DNA of 64,000 nucleotides from Dongiaceae bacterium (GTDB lineage Bacteria; Pseudomonadota; Alphaproteobacteria; SHNJ01): NCBI GenBank assembly GCA_050182275.1, contig JBFXCK010000002.1, positions 86,397 to 150,396 of the forward strand, read 5' to 3'. Shown piece by piece: positions 54,184 to 64,000 of this stretch (position 1 is its first letter; each line of letters starts with the position of its first letter). The notes under the pieces were generated by a model. It saw only the letters and a program-made list of their open reading frames with translations, ran no database searches and was not told where the DNA came from. The position numbers and the translations under genes were made by a program.

Positions 54184-55360
54184 TATGCAATATTCGACAC
54201 CTTATTTTGTGTATGACGCCGCCTTGATCCGCGCCCGGATCATGGAATTGGTTGAGGCGTTTAGAGGCTTGAAAGTCTCGCTGCATTATGCGGTGAAGGC
54301 CAATGATTTGCGGGATATTATTCAATTGGCCGCGGATGGCGGGATTGGGGCCTGTTTGGTGTCAAAAGGTGAAATGCAGCGCGCGCTGCAGGGCGGAATG
54401 AAGCCATCCCTGATGCTCATGAATGGCGTTGGCAAAAGCGTTGATGACATCCGCTTCGCCTTGGAAAATAATATTGGGCAGTTGAATGTGGAATCGCTAT
54501 CGGAACTGAATGTCATTGCCGACATCGCCAAATCGATGAACAAGCGGGCGGTTATTTGTTTGCGTATTAATCCCGAGATTGAGGCCAAAGCGCACAACCA
54601 TACTACCACAGCACGGCGCACCGATAAATTCGGTTTGCTGGTTGAGGAATTGCCGGCGGCGCGCGAAATCATCGCCAAGCGCCCGGAATTAGATTGGCGC
54701 GGATTTTCTTGCCATATTGGTTCGCAAATTCATGGGGTGGATGAATTGGCCGCCTCTTATCAATTCATGATCGATTTATGGAAAAAAGAAAAAAGCGCGC
54801 AAAAGCAGTTTGACCGGCTTGATTTAGGCGGCGGGTTCGGCGTTTCTTATCACGGCGATTCTTACGCCAGGCCGGCCGATTACGCGAGGCTTTTAGAAAA
54901 AATAATACCGCCTGATGTAATGGTGCAATTGGAACCAGGCCGTTTTATCGCGGCCGAGGCGGGGCGGCTGATTACCAAAGTTTTATATGTCAAAAATTCG
55001 GGCGGCACGCGCTTTTTGGTGGTGGATGCGGCGATGAATAATTTGATTAGGCCCGCTTTATACGATGCCTATCACCCCATTGCCTTAACCCGCTCTTCCA
55101 CCGCGCCTTTAACGCCTTGCACCATTGTAGGGCCAGTATGCGAAAGCGCCGATTGCTTCGCCCGCGACCGCGAAATGCCCAGCGATATCAGGGAGGGCGA
55201 TATTTTAACAATCGGCTTTGCCGGCGCCTATGGCTCTGCCATGGCCAGCCAATATAACGCCCGCGACCGTCTCGCTGAAATTATAGTCGATGGCGCTGAA
55301 TCCCGCATTGCGCGGCGGGAATTTACGGCGGAGGAATTTGACCGGTTGACACTGACGTAA
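54176..55360 (+). CDS. lysA: Diaminopimelate decarboxylase (PLP fold-III decarboxylase)
   Basis: SLHYAVKAN PLP-lysine motif. C-terminal GAYG motif. 394 aa. Confidence 0.85.
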   Translation: MPDMQYSTPYFVYDAALIRARIMELVEAFRGLKVSLHYAVKANDLRDIIQLAADGGIGACLVSKGEMQRALQGGMKPSLMLMNGVGKSVDDIRFALENNIGQLNVESLSELNVIADIAKSMNKRAVICLRINPEIEAKAHNHTTTARRTDKFGLLVEELPAAREIIAKRPELDWRGFSCHIGSQIHGVDELAASYQFMIDLWKKEKSAQKQFDRLDLGGGFGVSYHGDSYARPADYARLLEKIIPPDVMVQLEPGRFIAAEAGRLITKVLYVKNSGGTRFLVVDAAMNNLIRPALYDAYHPIALTRSSTAPLTPCTIVGPVCESADCFARDREMPSDIREGDILTIGFAGAYGSAMASQYNARDRLAEIIVDGAESRIARREFTAEEFDRLTLT

Positions 55361-55399
55361 AATCTTCTTATACAGCCTCCTAATCAGGAGGATATAAAA

Positions 55400-55759
55400 A
55401 TGACTACTCGTATTATTCCAAGATCATCCGCAGGTGGGATGACAAGGCAAGATAGAATATATAAGCCAGCCTTTGTTGAATTGGCACGGCTATTCAGGGT
55501 TAATAAAGGCAAAATCCCATCCCACGTGCTGCAAGGTTTTATTACCCAATCACATCAAATTTTACGTCTCCATACCGTAGCAGAAAAACACAATTTTGCC
55601 GTAGCTGTAGACAGTTGGTTAAAGCTGGAAAGTAAAATTGCCGCGGCGAATGCTTCCCCTAAGAAAAAGCAATCAGCAGCGCCAACCGTCTCTAGGGTAC
55701 CAGTATGGGATAAAGGGCTTTACCGAATATCCCCGCATCGGGTGGCGAGCAGAGCTTAA
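55400..55759 (+). CDS. Hypothetical 119-aa protein
   Basis: Strong RBS aggagg at 55385-55390. No recognisable domain. Convergent with phaC. Confidence 0.5.
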   Translation: MTTRIIPRSSAGGMTRQDRIYKPAFVELARLFRVNKGKIPSHVLQGFITQSHQILRLHTVAEKHNFAVAVDSWLKLESKIAAANASPKKKQSAAPTVSRVPVWDKGLYRISPHRVASRA

Positions 55760-57591
55760 ACCACTCTCGCCTTCACATAGCTGCCGGGCGCGTTTTCGAT
55801 GGCTTTGAATTTGCCTTTGCCGGGTTGGCGTTCTTTCGCATCAACCTTGGTCGCGCCATAAGAAGCAACCCATTTTTGCCAATGCGGCCACCAGGACCCA
55901 ACGGTTTCTTTGGCGCCGCGCAACCATTCATCGGGGGTTTTGGCTAGTTTGCTGTTGCTCCAATATTGATATTTATTGGCATCGGGATGGTTGACGATAC
56001 CGGCGATATGGCCCGAGCCCGATAACACAAATTCCACATCGCCTTTGTAAAGCTGCGTGCCGGCGTAAGTGGATTTCCAGGGGCTGATATGGTCTTCGCG
56101 GGTGGAAACCAAATAGCTGGGGGTTTCAATTTTGCGCAAATCCAGTTTCACGCCTTTCAAAATGATCCCGCCCGGCTCGACCAACAGATTCTTTTGATAC
56201 ATGTTGCGCAAATAGAAACTGTGCATCGAGGCAGGCATACGGGTGGAATCGGAATTCCAATAGAGCAAGTCGAAGGGGAAAGGCTCTTTGCCCAACAAAT
56301 AGTTATTCACCACGAACGACCAAATCAAATCATTGGCGCGCAGCATGTTGAAGGTGGTGGCCATTTCATAGCCTTCCAAATAACCTTTTTCTTTCATGCG
56401 CTTTTCAAGGGCGGCCAATTGTTCTTCATCAATGAAGACTTCCAGCTCGCCGCATTCGGCGAAATCGACCATAGTCGCCAGATAGGTAGCGGTTTGCACG
56501 CGTTCATCGCCCTTGGCTTTCATATAGGCCAAGAGGCAGGACAGCAAAGTGCCGCCCAAACAATAACCGATCACATTGACCTTCTTTTCGCCGGTAATTT
56601 GGCCGACCACGTCAATCGCGGTCAATGGCCCTTCGGTCATGTAAGCATCAAAGCCTTTGGTCGAAAGTTCCTTGCCCGGATTAACCCAGGAAATCATGAA
56701 CACGGTATGGCCTTGATCGACCAGCCACTTCACAAAAGAATTCTTTTCACGCAAATCCAGGATATAAAATTTATTGATCCAGGGCGGAATGATAATCAGC
56801 GGCGTTTTGGCGACCTTGGCGGTTGAAGGGGTATATTGAATTAATTGCATTAATTCATTTTGATAGACAACCTTGCCGGGCGTAACCGCGATATTTTCGC
56901 CTACTTTAAAGGCCTGTAAATCAGTCATGCGGATGGACAGATTGCCTTTGCCGCGCTCTAAATCTTGCAGCATATTTTCCAGGCCCTTTAGCAAGTTCTG
57001 GCCGCTGGATTCGATGGTGGTGCGCAAAACTTCAGGGTTGGTAAGCACAAAGTTGGAAGGCGACATCGCATCGACGAATTGGCGGGTGTAAAAATCAACC
57101 TTCTTGGCGGTTTTATCATCCAGCCCTTCAACTTCATTGACCGATTTTTGAATGACGCGCGCGGTTAATAAATAAGATTGCTTGATAAAATCGAAAATCG
57201 CATTGTCCTGCCAGGCCGCATCCTTGAAGCGGCGGTCAGAGGGGCTGGTCTCGATCGCCGGGCCGATATTTTCTTTACCCATCATGCGCTGGGTGGTGTT
57301 TTGCCAGATATTCATATAGCCCTGCCAAAATTCCATTTGCGCTTTCCACAAATTGGCGGGGTTCGACATCATTTTGGTGGTCATATCAAAGAAGGCCGAA
57401 GAGATATTCAAGGGATCACCCATGCCCATATTAAAAGACGCCCCGTTTTTGCCCTGTTTCGACATAAATTCGGCCACCAGTTTTTGGCTGCGTTCGGCGA
57501 TTTGCGCCATGCTTTTGGCCCATTCGACTGGATCAATCGGTTTCATGCGGGGAGGGGTATTGGAATCGGGCTTGCTTTGGGAGGTGGTCAT
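55756..57591 (-). CDS. phaC: Class I poly(3-hydroxyalkanoate) synthase
   Basis: 611 aa. Lipase box GYCLGG. Alpha/beta hydrolase core. Confidence 0.93.
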   Translation of the reverse strand: MTTSQSKPDSNTPPRMKPIDPVEWAKSMAQIAERSQKLVAEFMSKQGKNGASFNMGMGDPLNISSAFFDMTTKMMSNPANLWKAQMEFWQGYMNIWQNTTQRMMGKENIGPAIETSPSDRRFKDAAWQDNAIFDFIKQSYLLTARVIQKSVNEVEGLDDKTAKKVDFYTRQFVDAMSPSNFVLTNPEVLRTTIESSGQNLLKGLENMLQDLERGKGNLSIRMTDLQAFKVGENIAVTPGKVVYQNELMQLIQYTPSTAKVAKTPLIIIPPWINKFYILDLREKNSFVKWLVDQGHTVFMISWVNPGKELSTKGFDAYMTEGPLTAIDVVGQITGEKKVNVIGYCLGGTLLSCLLAYMKAKGDERVQTATYLATMVDFAECGELEVFIDEEQLAALEKRMKEKGYLEGYEMATTFNMLRANDLIWSFVVNNYLLGKEPFPFDLLYWNSDSTRMPASMHSFYLRNMYQKNLLVEPGGIILKGVKLDLRKIETPSYLVSTREDHISPWKSTYAGTQLYKGDVEFVLSGSGHIAGIVNHPDANKYQYWSNSKLAKTPDEWLRGAKETVGSWWPHWQKWVASYGATKVDAKERQPGKGKFKAIENAPGSYVKARVV

Positions 57592-57716
57592 AAAATCTAC
57601 CTTCTTTACCTGATAAATCGAAATTAGACTTGAGGTGCCGCCGGGAGTGCGGCATATAGGGTCTTCTATCTCTATCGAACCTTATAAAGGTTAACAAGTT
57701 ATTACTTCGGGTTGCA

Positions 57717-58805
57717 ATGAAAAGGTTGATTGCCGTGATTTTCCCCCGTTTTTTGGCCTTTTTGGCCTTATTTTCCGCGATATCGCTGGCTTTTCCGGCC
57801 ACAGCCGCCAATCCTGCCTGGTACGATCAGGCAATCGAGCATTTCCCCGATGAGCGGGATGCGGTAAAACCGCTACCCTCTCTTACGCCTCCAAAACCGC
57901 CTTCCATGACGGCTCCTATACGCCCGGAAAACTATACCCAACCAGTTGAGATTTTAAATCAACCAAGGCCGCTAACTAACAGAAACACCTACCCAGATTT
58001 AAATGATGTGCCTCCCCGGCCAAGCCCAATGACCGAGGCTGACCGGATTCAGTTGAAAGAGGAGATGATGCAATCCAACCAAACAGGGCGGGCCATGCAG
58101 CAAGATATTATGTCTGCGCCCCTGGTGCCGCCCATGGGCGGCCGTCAGCAACCTTTGGCGGAGCGTCCGATGATGCCCCTGCCGCCACGCGATCAAATGC
58201 CGCCATCCGCCGGCATCACCCGCCCGCCGAAAAAAGAGCCGATGACGGGGGTTGGTGACAATGAAGTTTATATCGGCGCCGAGCGGCTCAAATTAAAACC
58301 GCCAACCGGCGATGGCCTGCCGCGCACGCAGGGCTTTGTCGATATTCCGCGTAACGCGCCGCCTATACCAATGGCAGCGGCTGCCCCCCGCGCTATGCCG
58401 CGGATGAGTTATGATCAATTAATGCGGCCGGCTTTGGTTGCGCCGGTTGAGCGGTTATTGATCGCCACCATTTTCTTTCCCAATGAAGGAAAAAATTTAA
58501 GCAAAAATGATATGGATGTATTGCGCAAAGTAGCTAAAATCGCCAAAGAGCAAGACGGCCAATTAATGATCATCGGCCATTCTTCCAGCCGCACTAAAAC
58601 CATGGATCAGATGGAACATAATTTAACCAAATATAAAACCAGCCTTGAGCGCGCCGAGGCCGTCGCCAAAACATTATCGCAAATGGGCATTGCTAAAAGC
58701 CGCTTGCAGGCAAGCGGGCGCAGCGACCGCGAGCCGCTTTATGCCGAAACCATGCCCACCGGCGAAGCCTGGAACCGCCGGGTTGAAATTTATTTAGAAC
58801 AATAG
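57717..58805 (+). CDS. OmpA-family protein with a long Pro-rich linker
   Basis: Signal peptide, Pro/Met-rich low-complexity region, and a C-terminal OmpA-like domain (NRRVEIYL). Confidence 0.85.
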   Translation: MKRLIAVIFPRFLAFLALFSAISLAFPATAANPAWYDQAIEHFPDERDAVKPLPSLTPPKPPSMTAPIRPENYTQPVEILNQPRPLTNRNTYPDLNDVPPRPSPMTEADRIQLKEEMMQSNQTGRAMQQDIMSAPLVPPMGGRQQPLAERPMMPLPPRDQMPPSAGITRPPKKEPMTGVGDNEVYIGAERLKLKPPTGDGLPRTQGFVDIPRNAPPIPMAAAAPRAMPRMSYDQLMRPALVAPVERLLIATIFFPNEGKNLSKNDMDVLRKVAKIAKEQDGQLMIIGHSSSRTKTMDQMEHNLTKYKTSLERAEAVAKTLSQMGIAKSRLQASGRSDREPLYAETMPTGEAWNRRVEIYLEQ

Positions 58806-58830
58806 TTCTTACAACAAACATAAGGGGCGT

Positions 58831-59823
58831 TTGATGATTGCCAAAATGTCCGCAGCCGCCACCAAAACCATGGACCGTGATTTGGCCTTGGAAGTCGTGC
58901 GCGTGACCGAGGCGACCGCCATTGCCGCCTCGCGCTTTATGGGCAGAGGCGATGAAAAGGCGGCCGATCAGGGCGCGGTTGACGCCATGCGCGGCATGCT
59001 GAACAGCCTGGCGATTGACGGCAAGGTTGTGATCGGCGAGGGCGAGCGCGATGAGGCGCCGATGTTATATATCGGTGAAAAAGTGGGTTTGGGAAATGGG
59101 CCGAAAGTTGATATCGCGCTTGATCCGTTAGAGGGCACCACTATTACCGCGCGCGGCGGATCAAATGCGCTTTCGGTTATTTCCATGGCCAATGAAGGCG
59201 GATTTTTACATGCGCCCGATGTGTATATGGAAAAAATCGCCGTTGGCGGCAATTTACCTTCCCAGATAATCGATCTAACCGCCAGTCCCGCCGATAATAT
59301 CGCCAAAGTGGCAAAGGCCAAGGATATGGAAGTTTCCGATATCGTGGTGTGCATTTTGGAACGTCCGCGCCATACCGGTTTAATTCAAGCCGTGCGTGAA
59401 ATGGGCGCGCGGATTATGCTGATCGCCGATGGCGATGTATCGGGCGTGATCGCCACTTGCCAGCCCAATTCCGGCGTTGATATGTATATGGGCATTGGCG
59501 GCGCGCCCGAAGGTGTTTTGGCGGCTGCGGCTTTACGCTGTTTGGGCGGGCAAATGCAGGGGCGCTTAATCATCCGGAACCCGGATGAAGAAAAGCGGGC
59601 CGAGCGTTGCGGGATTAAAGATTTGAAAAAAGTTTATACATTGGAAGATATGGCCAAGGGCGATGTCATGTTCGCCGCCACCGGCGTTACCGATGGCGCC
59701 TGGTTGCGCGGGGTGAAATGGCAGGGTTCGCGCGTGACGACAACGTCGGTCGTGATGCGCTCGAAAACCGGCACCATCCGCCATATCGAGGCGACGCATG
59801 ATTTTAATAAGAAGCATATATAG
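58831..59823 (+). CDS. glpX: Fructose-1,6-bisphosphatase class II
   Basis: GlpX family. 330 aa. The start may be the internal M at 58873. Confidence 0.92.
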   Translation: MMIAKMSAAATKTMDRDLALEVVRVTEATAIAASRFMGRGDEKAADQGAVDAMRGMLNSLAIDGKVVIGEGERDEAPMLYIGEKVGLGNGPKVDIALDPLEGTTITARGGSNALSVISMANEGGFLHAPDVYMEKIAVGGNLPSQIIDLTASPADNIAKVAKAKDMEVSDIVVCILERPRHTGLIQAVREMGARIMLIADGDVSGVIATCQPNSGVDMYMGIGGAPEGVLAAAALRCLGGQMQGRLIIRNPDEEKRAERCGIKDLKKVYTLEDMAKGDVMFAATGVTDGAWLRGVKWQGSRVTTTSVVMRSKTGTIRHIEATHDFNKKHI

Positions 59824-59825
59824 AA

Positions 59826-59892
59826 GCATGGTTCGACAAGCTCACCATGAGCTTGTTATTTATGCTCATCCTGAGCTTGTCGAAGGATGATC
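59826..59892. repeat. Paired palindromic hairpin repeat, locus 4
   Basis: gcatggttcgacaagctcaccatgagc and gctcatcctgagcttgtcgaaggatgatc, between glpX and recJ. Confidence 0.6.
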
Positions 59893-59916
59893 GTAACAAA
59901 AAAATAGAGTAAAAAA

Positions 59917-61674
59917 ATGTTGGCAGTAGAAGCACCGTATAAATTATCTTTCCTGAACAAGGCGTGGGAAATCGCGTCTTGCGAAGAGCGCTTGATCTAT
60001 GGCCTAACGCAGCAATTGGGCATTGGCGATATTGCGGCGCGGCTGTTGGCGCAGCGCGGTATTAACAACGATAATGCGGCCGCCTTTTTAAATCCCACTT
60101 TACGCGATCATTTGCCTGATCCAGCCGGTTTAACGGATATGGATAAAGCGGTTGCGCGCCTGGCAACCGCGATTCAAAATAAAGAAACCATCGGCATTTT
60201 TGGCGATTATGATGTGGATGGCGCCTGTTCATCGGCCTTGATTGTAAATTATTGCAATCAATTGGGCGTGAAAACGGAAGTGCATATTCCCGACCGGCGC
60301 GAGGAAGGCTATGGCCCCAACATCGGCGCTTTGGAAAAATTGCTGGCCAAGGGCTGTAAATTGATTGTGACGGTCGATTGCGGCGTTACCGCGCATGCGC
60401 CCTTGGCCTCGATCACCGGGCAGGGGGCCGAGGTGATTGTGGTTGACCACCATATGGCCGAGGCTGCCTTGCCCAAGGCCTATGCGGTGATTAACCCCAA
60501 CCGGCTTGATTGCGATTTTCCGCATAAAAATTTGGCGGCGTGCGGCGTTGTGTTCATGCTGCTGGTGGCGCTGAACCGCGCTTTGCGCGAAGCGGGAATG
60601 AATAATTTGCCGGATTTGCGCCAATTCCTTGATTTGGTGGCGCTTGGCACGGTGGCCGATGTGGTGCCGCTGACGGGACTTAACCGTTTATTGGTTTTGC
60701 GCGGGCTTGAGGTTTTGAATCAACGCCAGAATTTGGGGCTAACCCAGTTAAGCGATGTGGCGCGATTGAAAGAACGGGCCGATGCCTATCATCTTGGATT
60801 TATTTTGGGTCCGCGCATTAATGCCGGCGGCCGCGTGGGGAAGGCCGATTTGGGCGTGCGCTTGCTTACCACCGGCGATATCGGCATGGCACAGAAAATT
60901 TCCGGTGAATTAGAGGCGCTTAATGTCGCCCGTCAGCAAATCGAACGCACGCAAGTGGAAGAGGCGATTGCACAAGTGGAAATGGAATATCGCGATGATC
61001 CGGTCATCATTGTTGGCGGGCGCGGCTGGCATTTGGGCGTGATTGGATTAATTGCGGCGCGCATTAAAGAAAAATATCAACGCCCGGCTGCTGCCTTGGC
61101 ATTCGAGGGCGATATTGCAACCGCATCGGCCCGCTCGGTGAAAGGTTTTGATATGGGCGCTGCTGTGCTGGCGGCGGTGCAGGCCGGCATTTGCTTGAAG
61201 GGCGGAGGGCACGCCATGGCGGCGGGATTCACCATTTCGCATAAGCGTTTAAAAGATTTGCGCGCCTTTATGCAGGAGCGTTTCGCCGCAAGCGGCGTTC
61301 CGCTTTATCCAACTTTAAATGTTGACGCCATCCTCTCGGGCGCCGCGCTTAATTTTCAAGTTTACGCGCATATTCAACAGCTCGGCCCCTTTGGCACCGG
61401 CAACCCCGAGCCGCGCTTTTTGCTGCAAAGCCAGCTGGTGGAATATGCCGATATTTTAAAGGGCAGCCATTTGCGCCTGAATTTACGCTCGGCCGATGGC
61501 GCGCGCCTAAAGGGCATCGCCTTCCGCGCCATGCAAAGCGGCCTCGGCGAAGCGATTTTGGGCAACCGCGATAAACCCCTTGATATCGTGGGAAGTTTAA
61601 AATTAGACACCTATAATGGCGGCCAGCGCCTGCAATTCATCGTCGATGACGCCAGGATTGCAGCGGGGTTTTAA
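59917..61674 (+). CDS. recJ: Single-stranded-DNA-specific exonuclease RecJ
   Basis: DHH motifs GDYDVDGACSSA and VVDHH. DHHA1 domain. 585 aa. Confidence 0.95.
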   Translation: MLAVEAPYKLSFLNKAWEIASCEERLIYGLTQQLGIGDIAARLLAQRGINNDNAAAFLNPTLRDHLPDPAGLTDMDKAVARLATAIQNKETIGIFGDYDVDGACSSALIVNYCNQLGVKTEVHIPDRREEGYGPNIGALEKLLAKGCKLIVTVDCGVTAHAPLASITGQGAEVIVVDHHMAEAALPKAYAVINPNRLDCDFPHKNLAACGVVFMLLVALNRALREAGMNNLPDLRQFLDLVALGTVADVVPLTGLNRLLVLRGLEVLNQRQNLGLTQLSDVARLKERADAYHLGFILGPRINAGGRVGKADLGVRLLTTGDIGMAQKISGELEALNVARQQIERTQVEEAIAQVEMEYRDDPVIIVGGRGWHLGVIGLIAARIKEKYQRPAAALAFEGDIATASARSVKGFDMGAAVLAAVQAGICLKGGGHAMAAGFTISHKRLKDLRAFMQERFAASGVPLYPTLNVDAILSGAALNFQVYAHIQQLGPFGTGNPEPRFLLQSQLVEYADILKGSHLRLNLRSADGARLKGIAFRAMQSGLGEAILGNRDKPLDIVGSLKLDTYNGGQRLQFIVDDARIAAGF

Positions 61675-61689
61675 CGGATTTTTGGTACT

Positions 61690-61758
61690 GCTCATCCTGA
61701 GCTAGTCGAAGGATGAGCCTAGGCACAGATCCAACCCTTCGACAAGCTCAGGGTGAGC
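61690..61758. repeat. Paired palindromic hairpin repeat, locus 5. The second hairpin has a variant CACCCT stem.
   Basis: gctcatcctgagctagtcgaaggatgagc and ccaacccttcgacaagctcagggtgag, between recJ and tRNA-Glu. Confidence 0.55.
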
Positions 61759-61829
61759 CTGATAATAAGGGTTTCTCCTTCGCCCTTGATTTTCAAGGCA
61801 AGGCAGGCTAAAAAGCCCCTTCGCCTTTA

Positions 61830-61905
61830 GTCCCCATCGTCTAGAGGCCTAGGACACCTCCCTTTCACGGAGGTAACAGGGGTTCGAATCCCCTTGGGGA
61901 CGCCA
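61830..61905 (+). tRNA. tRNA-Glu (anticodon UUC), CCA encoded
   Basis: GTCCCCATCGTCTAGAGGCCTAGGACACCTCCCTTTCACGGAGGTAACAGGGGTTCGAATCCCCTTGGGGACGCCA. Cloverleaf with TTC in the anticodon loop. Confidence 0.95.
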
Positions 61906-62035
61906 TTTATAGGGCACGGAAAAGTTTAAGGCTATCATCCCAGCCGAGCGCATGAAAATGCGCAAATCGCATATGGTGCCGTTGTCTATGCATTCAATAC
62001 TTCATTTGTCACGCTCAAGAAACTATGAGGAAGGT

Positions 62036-62839
62036 ATGAAATTATTTGATTCAATTCTTGAGATTAAAAGTGAGCAACTGCCTGAGTTGTGGAATCTTTT
62101 TTCAAGAGAAGCTGAGATTGCCGCATTATCAATCTATGATGGTTTAAATTATCAATTACGTGCAGGTGCATACTACAAAGGATATTTTTCTAAATCTTTA
62201 TTCAATTACGGCCTTGGCTTAGAAAGAATAATTAAACTAATAATTGTTATCAATCATATGTTGGAAAATAATAAAAAAGCACCAACCAATGGTTTTTTAA
62301 AGAGCGAAGTAGGTCACGACCTTAAGAAGGGTTATGATCTTTCCGTAGCGATATCAAAACGTATAAATAGTCCATCAAGTAATGAGCTTAATCTCATCTA
62401 TGGATGTGAAATAAAAAGAACTCTATTTGAGATTTTAAATGAATTTTGGAACAAATATAAATATTATAATCTTGATAAACTCACAGGAGATTTAAATATT
62501 TTTGATCCTATTCAAGCTTGGACAAACGATCTTATAGTTAAAATTAGCAACAAGCACCCAAGTAAAAGAATAAATTCTTTGGTTGACAGTTTAAAAGGTT
62601 ACAAAGATCCTTTTACTAATATTGCCTATATGGGTGAGCTTGAAAAGCATAATCAGAAGCATGTAACGGTATATATGGCTGAAATTGCTCGAGCTTTTGT
62701 GCGCTTATTGGTAGAACTTCAAGAAATGGCGCATATAATGAATATAGAAATTCCTTATATTTCTGAGTTTTTTACGATGCTACTTCATAATGATAAAAAA
62801 TCAATGCTTAACAAGCGAAAATGGTCAATGTACTTCTAG
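62036..62839 (+). CDS. Hypothetical protein in a low-GC island. Possible defence or abortive-infection-like function; unassigned.
   Basis: AT-rich ORF with Lys/Asn/Ile-rich codon usage. RBS gaggaagg at 62026-62033, so a start at 62036 is preferred over the ORF-track start at 61952. Confidence 0.5.
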   Translation: MKLFDSILEIKSEQLPELWNLFSREAEIAALSIYDGLNYQLRAGAYYKGYFSKSLFNYGLGLERIIKLIIVINHMLENNKKAPTNGFLKSEVGHDLKKGYDLSVAISKRINSPSSNELNLIYGCEIKRTLFEILNEFWNKYKYYNLDKLTGDLNIFDPIQAWTNDLIVKISNKHPSKRINSLVDSLKGYKDPFTNIAYMGELEKHNQKHVTVYMAEIARAFVRLLVELQEMAHIMNIEIPYISEFFTMLLHNDKKSMLNKRKWSMYF

Positions 62840-63065
62840 TAAATTTATGAAGGGCACAAAACTTTAATGAGCCTATCCGCATGTATCACCGTGGCGCGAA
62901 AGGCTCTGAAAAAGCCGTTGATGCGCGGAAGTTTTTAGAAAAGAAAAAAGATAAGGATGGGAATGAGAAGGTGACTAAGCCCAGCATAAATCCTTAAACA
63001 TTCTCTTTGCTAAGAATCAGGTATTTGCGCTAAACTCTTTGAGTTTTAAATTTCAAGGGGTGCAT

Positions 63066-63701
63066 ATGAAGAGCGATTCTTTCCAACCTAAAAGACCTGA
63101 GGACATGCCTGGCAAAAGCCAGAGATTTATCGATAATATGTTTTATACAGCGTATGATTTTTGGCATGGCGTAAAACCTTCGCTGGAAACGCAATTTGGC
63201 ATGGAAATTATGCAAATTGAAAATATGCAAGAAAAAAAATTAATTCGCCTTCTTGATCAAAAGGGTATTGATGCTTTTTACTTAAGCAAAAATGGCAAGC
63301 TGGAAAGCCTGGCCAGCCGCGCAAATTATAAGCGTTTTTCCAATGAACCCGCTTTTAGTTTGCGCTATGCGTTATGGGACGAAAAGAATTCCGAATGGGA
63401 TTATAACCGTGAATATCAGCGCAAGCTGGATGCGGTGAAAAACGCTAAAGATTCCGGCCTTTTTCCACATATTCACGTTGAATTTTTTTGCTTTAAGCGC
63501 GGATCGGCGAACATAAAATGGGCTTATATGATTAAAACTGCCGATTTGGTAAGATATATTGAAGCAAATATTAAGGATAAAAACAAAGTTCTCTTTTTTA
63601 ATCCTGAAGACGGGAGAGAAGAACGGGAAGTAGTATACACACCGATTAATATTCTTTCTCAGCATTGTAAAGTTGATGTTATAAAATCAATTGCTGGTTA
63701 A
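63066..63701 (+). CDS. Hypothetical protein in a low-GC island
   Basis: RBS aagggg 7 nt upstream of the ATG at 63066. 211 aa. No recognisable motif. Confidence 0.5.
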   Translation: MKSDSFQPKRPEDMPGKSQRFIDNMFYTAYDFWHGVKPSLETQFGMEIMQIENMQEKKLIRLLDQKGIDAFYLSKNGKLESLASRANYKRFSNEPAFSLRYALWDEKNSEWDYNREYQRKLDAVKNAKDSGLFPHIHVEFFCFKRGSANIKWAYMIKTADLVRYIEANIKDKNKVLFFNPEDGREEREVVYTPINILSQHCKVDVIKSIAG

Positions 63702-63810
63702 CTCCATTCTCCACCAATATCCCATTTACCTTTCCTTAACCAATTTATAATAATCCATAGGCCCAAGAGGGAATGGGGCAAGGCTAGGCCGTATATTTAA
63801 CTATTAATAT

Positions 63811-63840
63811 TTTTATGATATTAATTAATATATCATAAAA
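63811..63840. promoter_or_regulatory. 30-bp AT-rich palindrome with 11-bp perfect arms, followed by a sigma70-like promoter (TTGACA at 63858-63863). Candidate operator for the downstream gene.
   Basis: TTTTATGATAT-TAATTAAT-ATATCATAAAA. Confidence 0.4.
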
Positions 63841-63929
63841 ATATTTCAACTTTTATGTTGACAACCTATGGCTGCATAGATAATTTCCTCCCATAAATAC
63901 AATATTGGGCCTTCAGGGAGGCTGATTAA

Positions 63930-64000
63930 ATGCGTTATCGCATAGTGCGTGCCTATATGAATTTGGGCTGCCTCTTCCTGGACTGTTTTAAAAAATATTT
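63930..64000 (+). CDS. 5' end of a gene running off the window (MRYRIVRAYMNLGCLFLDCFKKY...)
   Basis: RBS agggagg at 63915-63921, 8 nt upstream of the ATG. Open to the window end. Confidence 0.35.
   Translation, partial: MRYRIVRAYMNLGCLFLDCFKKY

Overview
This window looks like an alphaproteobacterial chromosome segment of about 50% GC, mostly housekeeping genes with a few accessory features. The alphaproteobacterial assignment rests on a GTTC-N7-GTTC LexA box, lpxI, a short ProRS, and Usg- and phasin-family genes. Core content: groES-groEL; a lysS operon; a D-Ala-D-Ala carboxypeptidase with a SPOR domain; a phasin; rlmD; aqpZ; proS; lolCDE; dnaE; bdhA; the long conserved cluster rpsB-tsf-pyrH-frr-uppS-cdsA-dxr-rseP-bamA-skp-lpxD-fabZ-lpxA-lpxI; gltX; comEC; lexA; tpiA-secG-pyrG-kdsA-eno; ftsB; nnr; lysA; phaC; an OmpA-family gene; glpX; recJ; and tRNA-Glu. 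The standout feature is a tandem, translationally coupled pair of flagellin-family genes (13360..15240 and 15237..17108). In both, the usual variable middle domain is replaced by a seven-repeat calcium-motif FG-GAP/VCBS array, predicted to form a 7-bladed beta-propeller. The 5' 449 bp are identical between the copies and the 3' ends are about 97% identical, while the propeller blades have diverged. No other flagellar genes lie in the window. Other points of interest: (1) a family of paired palindromic hairpin repeats with a conserved loop and compensatory stem variants, inserted at five intergenic sites; (2) a single 75-bp MITE-like element upstream of bdhA; (3) a low-GC island directly downstream of tRNA-Glu with two uncharacterised genes and a long AT palindrome; (4) a HIT-fold protein co-operonic with class II lysS; (5) a secreted protein with a PEP-CTERM-like tail; (6) a fused tandem LOG-domain protein.
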